Shown here one piece after another: positions 54,078 through 64,000 of a stretch of 64,000 nt of DNA. The stretch's first letter is position 1. Every line of letters starts with the position of its first letter. Source of the DNA: Octopus sinensis (Eukaryota); NCBI RefSeq assembly GCF_006345805.1, contig NC_042997.1:121830001-121894000 (forward strand), read 5' to 3'. The position numbers and the translations under genes are program-made. The notes under the pieces were generated by a model. It searched no databases. It was not told the DNA's origin and was given only the letters and a program-made list of their open reading frames with translations.

Positions 54078-54590
54078 AGGTCACTTTCGAGTGCTACTGG
54101 TAACATGTAACCTAGGACAACCTGTTGCATGGTCGGGTCGTCGGCGACTAAACCGGCAACCCCACCAAGCTTGCTTGGTGAGGAGGGTGTTTATTGGGCA
54201 CCCTGCGGGATGTAAAACAAAACCCGTCAAAGGGCGGAGGAACTCTTGAGAGTCGATGGCCATGTGCGGGGACAGAAATAATCGGACTGAATACCCGATT
54301 GCGCGGTTAAACCATTGGGAGTGATGGACTCCTAGCCTTTGTTAGGGCGTCCTTCTAGGAGAAGGTAACTCAGGTAACTGGGATAACTCCGATATAAAAC
54401 CTGCGGCTCAGTGGTTACCGATGCTGTTGACTTTTTTTTCGGATTATGGCTGCTGTTGCTTAGTGAGCGGGATTGACTCAGTGCACAGCCTTTCTTCACT
54501 TTAAAAAAAATCTTCTTGCACAGGCATTGCACGATAACAACATTGATTAAGCTTCGTGCAATGGCCATACTCGATAACGATGGGGCAGCC
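54078..54590 (+). mobile_element. GC-richer repeat resembling an RTE-type LINE 5' UTR
   Basis: Sharp GC increase between microsatellites. It contains gttagggcgtccttctaggagaaggtaactc, similar to a motif I recall from RTE 5' UTRs. No ORF. Confidence 0.4.
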
Positions 54591-57500
54591 ACCATATGTA
54601 TGTATACATATTTATATATATAAGAACTGAACATCCACCATTATTCCACTGAATAACTGTTATATAGAAAATCTTCCAACGACTAATCATATGCATCTAT
54701 TCGCTAACCAAGTAGGAGCATCATGTAATTCCTATATATTTTTAGTTTTTTATAGTCAGTATTTATTGTGTACTTTGAAAACAGTATTGCATGTCAAATC
54801 CTTAATAAGTGTAGATTTTATAGCAAACAGCGTGACCGTTTGTAGAAGTACTGAGGAGTTTCTCGGTTCGCAATTGGTTCCAATTTTACATAGAAGTGAG
54901 ATGATTTGAACATATGCAGTAAAGTTCATTGCATAGTTTTTTGCAAACCATTTCATATTTCTTGATTTCCCATACCGTTCTAGAATATTAGATGATAAAA
55001 GATAGTGAAAAGTAATTAGCATAACCAGATCCCCTTCCAGTGTATGATTTCTAGGATCTATAACGCAAAAAACGAACAAAAATATTAATATCTGCCATGC
55101 CTTCTTAAAATACGAATAAAGATGTACTCTATGACATGTTGAAATCCAATAATATTTCCACATTTGAAGCTATTCCTCATAGACTGAAAGTAAATTATAA
55201 GGTATCCTCAGAAATAGATAGTAGTAGACTAAACAGAATCTGTTGGAAACATCAAATAACTTATATATTGGAAAAAGAAACACTACAAACATTACAAATT
55301 AAGAAGGAGGCTCACAGTAAATATCTACGTGCAATAGATAACCAAGAGTAAACTTAATTGAAGAGTGAATAAACAATTCAATAGTTTTCAATGCCCTGCT
55401 TGTAGATATCCAACTAAATTAATTAGAGTCTTCAAAGGTCTTCATCTGTATAGAGAAGTTGCTGTCTTCAGTTAAATCGATTAGTATAAAAAAATATGTG
55501 AAATATCTGTAATAGATAAGATTTTGCAGAATAACTGTATCAGGCTGTGGTGGTTATTTGACATTGCCTAGTTAAGCTTTCAGATTTTTTTTTCTCAAAG
55601 CTTAACTGAAATTGTAAATCTGCCCACTAGCTTAGAATATACACGGTATATCTTAAATATAAGGAAAAAAAGCGTGCAGATATCTAATAAAGGTTCAAGT
55701 ACAAATTACGTTAGTGAAAGAAAGAAATTATTCTGCTGCTTTGGAAATTAGACATATTCACAGATATATGTTTTGGCCACTGGCCCCAAATATATAAAAA
55801 GGTTCTCTTATCAGCTGGAGTTGTTGATGTACTGTAATTAGGAATACTAGTAGTACCCTATATTGATGCTTTCGAAATTAATCCTATTTTAAATATATTT
55901 GGGTCTCTCTGGCATTTCAGCTTTGATAGTTAATGCTTGCTATATTGAAACTTTAATAATTATCAATATTAAAGTTAATAATATATTGCATTCTGTTACA
56001 ACAACTTCTGATTAGGAAATCAGTTTATTCCCTAATAAAACTTGAGAGCACCACCATATTATATTATAGTAATTATCCTTTTTTTCTGGGGCTTTCTTGA
56101 TGTTGGAGATTTATTAGTATAATCCCGGTAAAGTTTTCACCATTGATCAACCATATGCATGGTTGTCTCCCACCTTATCTGGTACTTCTTTGGCCTAAAC
56201 ATTGATTAAATATTTTGCTGTTATTTTTTCTAAAAGAGCTAAACTTTCCGGAAGATGATCTAAATGATTGCCGTGAAAACATATATCAACGCTCATTTTT
56301 ACTGCCAAACTGGAGTTTAAATTGTTAGAAATGGGATAGAATATTTGTGAATAGAGATATTAATAAAATATACATGAAAGAGTTTACATATAAATACAAG
56401 AAGTGGGATTAAAAGCAAATGAAGTGGGGTGTTTTACGAATGATAATAAAGGTACCAGTATATTTATAAAGAGGTAGAGAGAAAAAGCATTTGTTTAGAC
56501 GGGGAAATTTCATGAATGAAGAGTAGCAAGTGTGAGTAGTAACATAAAAGAAAGAAAGGAGTAACTATTTTCTGTGTAAATAAAGTGAAGTCGTAAATAT
56601 TTAAAATCTATATGTGTATTTAGAATACAATTATCCACACACTTGTTTAATGTATATTTGTCTATATTTATGATCTTTTAGCATTTCGTCAACCATGAAA
56701 TTTCGACAAAACCGTAACATCAGTATAATGTCAGATAGCTTCTGGCAGTATAAAGTTGCTTTGTTCCAGTCGATAAAATAAGGTACAAGTGAAATACAGG
56801 GATCACGTTCGCCGAGTTTTACCTCGCATGAATATTGATGTTCTTGTGTTTAAGTTAGAAATCATTATTAAAACGACAAACAACTATAAACAGACTGAGT
56901 ATAAACACCATTAATTTCAAACAATATACATGATAAACAGTAATATAATGCAATGATACATCAATGATATCGTTTAAAAGGTATATTTATACATCTTTGT
57001 ATGTAATGGATGTAAGAATTGATTTAAAGTGTTATTTGTACTTAGCAAAGTATAGGAAAGGAAAACAATTTAAAAAGTAATTGTGTCTTCTTCATAGAAT
57101 CATAAAAATGGTTGCACTGTTTCTAAGATGACAGCTGACTACTAAACATCATTTTAGAAATAATATAGATTAGGAAAGATAGAAAAGTAGGACAAGTCTA
57201 ATGATGGACAAAGAAAACGAATGTACAAATTGTAGCACGGTTCCTTTCCGTACATATATCTCTGCTATAAATTAAGGTATTTTCTGCTTTTAAACGTCTC
57301 AACAAGAAATCTATCAATGATATCTTGTGAAATATGATATTATATGTCATGCTGTGAAGCGTTTTGCAATTTTCTTCTCTCCATATCATGTATATCAGTC
57401 TCCAACATGAGACATAATGATAGTAATATATTTTGGTAACTAATATTCCAGGCGTGTCAACACTTTTATCTCCTTTCAGAAATGATTGGCATTTAGGTTT

Positions 57501-59509
57501 GAGATTTTATATATTACGTGTTAATATCTGAATTGTCTATTACTGTAATGTTCTCAGATGTATATTAATATTCTGTATTGATGAAGAAACGAAAATGCTC
57601 AGACATAGAGCTTTCAAAATCATTTGTCGAATATGCTTTGAATAATCCATAAGACACTTTGTTTTGTGTCAGTAATTATGCCAAAGGATCTGCCCCTGTC
57701 GTAAATTGTTTCATTTATATAAACACAAAATATATATGATTCATTCACGTCTGTGTTTCATATTAACTTAAAAATAAATATTGACATCAATATTAACTCT
57801 TTATTCTTGTTGTTTACATGCCATCTACAAGAAATAAATCTGATATTTACTGACAGTTATATAACGCTACAAGAGTAAATGTAGAAGAATTAAATAGCTA
57901 CAAACTAGTAAGGTTGGTATCTCTAATTAAAAACGTCATGCTATTCCGTGATAATTACTTAAAAGCTATGTACGTAATTAGAATTCTCACCAGACGAAAT
58001 AAATTATATTCTATTATTTTTTAAATTATTCATTTTTATCATCTAATATGTCTAAAACGCATTTTTTCTGGTTCAATTTACTGACAATAACTAATATTAA
58101 ATACATTTTCTGCTTGATAATATTGATGTTAATCAATGCAAAGCAACGATGACATTGTTTTAATAATTGTAATAATTCCTGTTATGTATGAATAATAATT
58201 TCAAAGCTTCGGCAGGATATTACACACACAGACACACACAAAGATTTATATACTATTAACGTTTACAAGCGCAACCGCACTACAACCATGCATAAATTTA
58301 TCCAACATACATAAATGTCAACGTCAGTCGTTTATATTTCAAATTGAAGTCGACACTCGTCAAAGAAAGTCTTCTTTCTCCTCTTATCTGTAGTCTACAA
58401 TGTCAAATAAATATATTTCATGACTGAAATAACCTATCAGATTAAATACACACCTGTTCGACTTTTTATTCCCCTCTGTTCATTTCTATGTTACATTATC
58501 TGAAGTATTCTAAGGAAAATCTATTTCAATGTTAAGCACAAATTATTTGTATCACACGCCATCAATCGGTAGAAAAGATATGTTCCTAGAAATAGGAAAA
58601 ACTTGTAGCACAGACACTTGTCAAAGTTAATTAAGGTAAACTATATCATTATTGCTAAGAGCTTGTTTGCATGAAGAACTTCTCTGGCATTCATTTATAA
58701 TGTATCTTTTGAAGAAGTCACTCATCACGTAATTACTATTGGTATATATATGCAGCTTAGTCAATCTCATGAAGATGATGATGGTGGTGATGATGATCAC
58801 CAACTTGAATACCTGCCCATTCATTTTGTGAATAAGAGGCTGCGTATTCCATAGGCCACCGTAATTTTCAAACAGAATCGGTTTGACATCTTTAAAGGAT
58901 GACTAGACAACCTAGTGCTTAAACACGAAAATGACACCATCGGTCGCTTTGACACCATTTTCCATTAACCCGGTTTTGTTCACAAGGCTTTTCTTTATGA
59001 ACTCGCATTTGGTATAAAAGACATTTGCCCAAGAGACTAGTCACTGTGTGTATGTGTGTGAGAGAGAGAGAGATATATACGGCGACATTTGATAAAAGCA
59101 AATCAAATCGGTGTGTCACAATTACCTTATTTGATGACTTGAAATAATAGAGGATCTAATGAAATAAATAAGAGCGTGCATAATCATATACGATAAGTCT
59201 TATATGTAAGATATATAGTACAATTAGATTCATACAGAGCAACAATATCTCTTTCTCCCTACACACACACATAATGAGTTAAAATATATAAATGCACAAA
59301 CAAACGGGAAACAGACACAGATAGTTTCCAACTCCTCATCAGTTATCAGCCAGTTGGCCATTGAAATTGTTGCATAAATGCATTCTTTTCTCTAAATATT
59401 TAATACTCTTTCATTCAAAGTTTTAATATACTGTTGTATCCCTTATTTCATAATCTCTGTAAATGCTAACAACTAATTTCTGAACACACACACACACACA
59501 CATATATAC

Positions 59510-59715
59510 ATCCGCAGTTCTTTCCGCAGTTCCGGTTCCAGACGAGCACTTGATTGGAACCCGCTGGGGGAAAGGAAGTGAGGACGCCCGAAGTAGACTT
59601 GGAAGCGGAGCATTTTGGACGAGCTCAGGACCACCGGCCAGACATAGGAAGCAGCCAAGAAAGACGCCAATGATCGCAAAAAGTGGAAAACAACTGTTGA
59701 GGATTAAGGATTAAG
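59510..59715 (+). mobile_element. RTE-clade LINE 3' end fragment
   Basis: Plus frame RRALDWNPLGERKxGRPKxTWKRSILDELRTTG..AKKDANDRKKWK is a typical RTE C-terminus, followed by a short repeat tail (ttaaggattaag). Confidence 0.8.
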
Positions 59716-59844
59716 AAGATATATATATATATATATATATTGATAAAAACGGTAAGATATCAAAAGAAAGAAAGAAACCTCGATATTATGTAAATAGAGG
59801 AATTTATCTGTAAATGTAATATGTGACAATTATTCGGTAGCCAT

Positions 59845-59905
59845 GACTAAACTCCGAGTTTCTGATGCCGAGGTGGCAATCTACGCTGCCGCCTCTTCAG
59901 TTATC
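59845..59905 (-). ncRNA. Hammerhead ribozyme motif, degenerate
   Basis: Minus strand: gataa CTGAAGA ggcggc..gcatca GAAAC tcgga GTT tagtc; core intact, stems I and II eroded. Confidence 0.45.
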
Positions 59906-60174
59906 CGGCCATCGGAAAAATGCTATGAAAAATGACCGTTATACAAAGGGAAATTGCTGTGTGATTGACCGTTATTAAGACAAAAGAGCTATTCGAAAGA
60001 CCGCTAAGTAAGGGGGGGTAAAGAGTTCATAGTATTCGCGTAAGCGCACCTGTTCATACCTACACATGTGCGCCCACCTAAAACTATACATTTATCCACC
60101 CTCACTTGAAAACTTGAAAACGTACACATCCTCACTCGCATCCTTCGCCAAATGTATTTGCATATTCATGGCCG

Positions 60175-60235
60175 GATAACTGAAGAGATAGCGGCGTGGA
60201 TTTCCACCTCGGCATCCGAAACTCGGAGTTTTATC
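60175..60235 (+). ncRNA. Hammerhead ribozyme motif, partly degenerate
   Basis: gataa CTGAAGA gat..atc c GAAAC tcgga GTT ttatc: stem I gataa/ttatc, near-palindromic stem III, imperfect stem II. Confidence 0.6.
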
Positions 60236-60272
60236 ATGACTACCGAATAATTGTCACATATTACATTTACAG

Positions 60273-60335
<63 letters not shown>

Positions 60336-61434
60336 GAAAATAATTCGAAAGCTGAAATTCGCTTATATAACGCTTCAATGTAGCAATGCATATAACTAAA
60401 ACTAATTAAAGCATCAGCGTATCATGCACTATCATGCATTATTGCACTATCGAGAATCAGCACAGGGTAAGTACTGAATGTTCTAAATCCACAGTGACCA
60501 AATTATAAATTAACTATTTTGCTAAATGTGAAAACTTAAATAACCTATGCGTGTATGATATCATATTCCTAAAATCCAAATGCTTTAGCCAAGAGAGATA
60601 TAAATCGTGATATCAATATTTGTGTTTTTCACTCGTTGGGAAACCTATGAAAAATTTTAAAGAAACAAATAACCGAATGACAAGATTATTTCAGTAGCTA
60701 ATACGCATTATTCATAGTTTGCATGATAACAATTTGAAAACAAGGCTGTTTATATTACTTCAAATCCATATATAACTCATGTGTATAATAAAGATAATGT
60801 TTTTTTCGAAAATGCCGGGAAATAGCTGACATACAGCATGATAAAATACAGATATAGGAGATAATAAGTATAAATCTTTAAAAATATGTTTCTGATAAAA
60901 CATATATGACATATTTTTATTACAAGCACGTACATATTTGGCGTAAATTTACTTTGCTATTTACATTCATCGATACATGTTCATGATATTCGGTTGTTTG
61001 TCATTTTTCTGTCTATTTGACGTTTATTGATAATTCTTGCATTATATTACCGTCGCAGTACTCCCATGGGTAACTTTTTATCTCTAGTAAAATACAGTAT
61101 GTGGAATATTCTTAAATATAGCCAATAATAATTTGGTAAATATATGCAGTTAAGTTTTATAATTCAGTCAAAATGACTCATCCCTTTTCAATGTACCTTT
61201 TAAAGACAAGAATTTTAGATTACAAAATGCTCTCTTGGTTTTATTTTTATTGTATCATTGAAATAATATAAAAACGCCGGATATTTCTTTATAATTTCAA
61301 CCACTTCACTCTGTCAAATATATTTCTGTTTTGCCCTATTAATGCGTTTATAAGGCTTTAGGTAGTCTCATGTGTGTCGTTCCTGAAACTTTTTTTGTAT
61401 TTTGTGTTTTCACAATCATTACTAAATGCTAAGT

Positions 61435-61485
<51 letters not shown>

Positions 61486-61487
<2 letters not shown>

Positions 61488-62697
61488 GGGTCATCCCATA
61501 AATAATGCTGTGCTTTCAATTGAATGAACTAAAAGTCGGAGGGAAACGGAATAAATTACCTGCATCAACTTGCTATAATAGCAGGTAGTAAATTTTCCAT
61601 GTAATTATTCTTATTGAATGTTTTGAAGAGTGCAGTTCGATTTCAACAGTTATTTTTTCAAAGCTACATTGGAAGTAACAAGATGCATATTCGGCATATT
61701 TTGCTTTATGAGTTCAATAAAGGCAACAGCGCAGCGGAAAGTACGAGGAATATTACAGCAATACTGGGATCGGCCAATAAGCATAAGCAAGTGTCCAGTA
61801 GCTCCAGGAATTCTGAACCGGAAACTACAGCCTAGAAAATGAGCCTCGTTCTGGAAGATCTGTAGTGCTCTACGAAGATGCCCTACAAACCCTGGTGGAA
61901 CAAAATCCTATCTTGTTGAGGAACTAGCGGAGAACCTTGGATATAGTCATTCAACCATTCATCGACACTTACGTGCCATCGGAAAAGTCAGCAAATTGGA
62001 TCAATGGGTTCCTCACAAAATTTCCGGGTCTAATCGCACGCAGAGACTGAATGTGTGCTCTTCTTTGCTGCCACGTCTCACGAATGAACCTATTTTGGAC
62101 TGAATAGGGAGTGATGACGAGACATGTGTTGTCTATAAAATTGTCTTGCACCGAAGACAGTGGGTAGAGAATGGAGAAGCACTGGCACCACAGGCTAAAG
62201 AAGGTCTTCACCCACGTAAGTTGTTGTTATCTGTTTAGTGGGATATGAAAGGTTTAGTCCCCTTGAGCGACTTAAGTCAGTGCTAGAAGAAAAACGACGA
62301 GCTTTTGTTTCAAGACGAAAACTGTTCTTCCATCAGGATAATGCTCGACCACATATAGCGAGGACGACATTCCAAAAAGTTTGAATGGAAAACCATATTC
62401 GCCGAACATTGCGAACATTGCCGCAGCTGTTTATCATTTATTTCGCAATCTTCAAAATCATTTGGACGAAAAAATACGAATTCTGTAGAGGAGGTCTGAA
62501 CAGTACTGCAAGAGCATTTTTGTCACGGAAAAGTGAATTTTGGAAGAGACGCCTTGCAACTCTACCAGATAGATAGAAGAACATTGTAGAAAATGAAAGA
62601 TAGTATATCTTGGATTAAAAAGGAAATTTGTTTATCGCAATTTTGAAACATAAAAGAAGTATGAAAAACAAAAACGAATTATTTATGGGACGACCTA

Positions 62698-62698
<1 letters not shown>
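61486..62698 (+). mobile_element. Mariner-family DNA transposon, near full length, decayed
   Basis: TIRs tagggtcatcccataaataat and attatttatgggacgacctaa in TA context. Broken frames encode IRHILLYEFNKG, ENEPRSGR, IHRHLRAIGKVSKLDQWVPHK, HPRKLLLSV, HQDNARPH and PYSPNIA. Confidence 0.92.
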
Positions 62699-62729
<31 letters not shown>

Positions 62730-64000
62730 GCGTGTGTATATATATATATATATCGAAGGGAAGGAAGAGAGAGGGAAATTTATCCTTTATGTTCCTTAGA
62801 AGCCTAGATTCAGTAGACTTTTGTGACAGTTCGTAATATATTTCCATTCATACACTGGTATCATTTCACAGGGAACTATATTGCTAATTAAGAGGTCGCA
62901 AAGCAAATTATATCAAAATCGATGCCAGGGTAATGATTTTATTTTTGTCATTGACCTCGAATACATATAAATTAAAGTGAATCCCATCTTAATTTCGTCT
63001 CAGAATATAAAGTGATATAACTATACTGTAGCCTATTTGCTCTAGTTTACTTACTGTTTATTCCACTACTATATCTCATCTATTATTAATAATCCACACA
63101 TTATATGTCTTAATCTATTCTCTGTTCCTCAAATTTAATATACGTTTCCTATTATTGATTATATGTATTGTCTTCTAGGTATTGTATTATGTCTTTATTA
63201 GATCCTTGTATCACAATCTCGGAATAATTACCTATGAAATTATATCAGACAATAGAATGAAATCCGAGATATATTGATTTTCGTCCCTTATGTATCTACA
63301 CATTCCATATACACGTAAGTAAAAATACAGGGAAATATGATAATATTAATTCCTCACAGTAGCAAAATACCCCGAATATTCATAACATGTCCGTTGATTT
63401 CAACGCTCATCTACGTTAATTTTATTTACTCACAATTTCAAACGTTTGATATTAGTTATTTCCGTTATTACTTGCTTTCAGAATTTAATCCTCTTGATAC
63501 CGTGCTTTTATATACTAATTGCATGGATAATCGTAGATATTCAAGTCATTATGTTACGTAGGTCAACTTCTATTGTAGAATGGTGAAACTGAAGTATTTG
63601 AAGAAAAATTAGTGAAGAATGCTGGAGTAAGGAATGATTAAAGGTATAACAAAATGCACTCCGTTGAAGTGGAGTGCATTTTGTAGCATTCTTTGGAACC
63701 AGGTCATCCAATGATCTGAATATAACTTATGTATCCCTCCCTTTTTCTCTTCTCTATTATTCGAGAGGTTGACTAAGCCACAAAAGAATGTTTCTCTTCT
63801 CTGTATTTCTGATATTGTTGATTAACTAGAAGTCATCTCTGAAAAATCAGATATATGAATTTATCTGCAATTCTAGGATGTCTGCGAATCTGACTCACAG
63901 ATATATGGGAGATAATATTGATTCTGACGGTATTTCCCCACCGAAGGTAAACAGATTGTATATTATTTGCTACATTTCATCGACGTCTGCTAATCTATCA

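Larger units (their letters stand above)
59741..60275. mobile_element. Older Penelope-like inverted terminal-repeat element with an HHR motif in each arm
   Basis: Arms 59805-59912 and 60168-60275 are diverged reverse complements with a spacer of about 255 bp. The left arm has about 65 bp of extra tail, and both ends abut (TA)n. Confidence 0.68.

Noticed and set aside
54078-54160. Possible HDV-like ribozyme at the start of the RTE-like 5' UTR (gg..cgaCTAAaccgg)
   Set aside because: I could not assemble P1, P2 and P3 of the double pseudoknot by eye; an RNAMotif/RNArobo search would be needed.

Overview
AT-rich, repeat-dominated animal genomic DNA. The very dense (TA)n/(CA)n/(ATCT)n/(AAT)n microsatellites and the tRNA-type SINE families suggest a coleoid cephalopod, probably Octopus (inference). 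I can support only one host coding exon: a 204-nt, phase 0/0 minus-strand exon (8048-8251) encoding part of the amino-terminal domain of a non-NMDA (AMPA/kainate-like) ionotropic glutamate receptor. I found no neighbouring exons, so most of the window is probably intron. The rest is mobile DNA: a decayed Tc1 (8927-10116), a decayed mariner (61486-62698) plus a mariner fragment, three R4/Dong-like LINE fragments beside (TAA)n tracts, RTE and CR1/L2 fragments, a Penelope-like GIY-YIG fragment, at least four SINE families and palindromic MITE-like elements. The most striking signal is a set of minimal type I hammerhead ribozyme (HHR) motifs with short, mostly palindromic stem III. They belong to at least five unrelated sequence families. 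Four of these families occur as head-to-head inverted duplications whose 3' ends dock into (TA)n tracts, and four families cluster in about 4 kb (23.6-27.8 kb). There is also a 35-bp identical segment shared by the Tc1 and a SINE 2.6 kb away, which looks like a templated insertion. Most ORFs in the supplied track are microsatellite translations. All folds and alignments were done by eye, and element boundaries are approximate unless stated.
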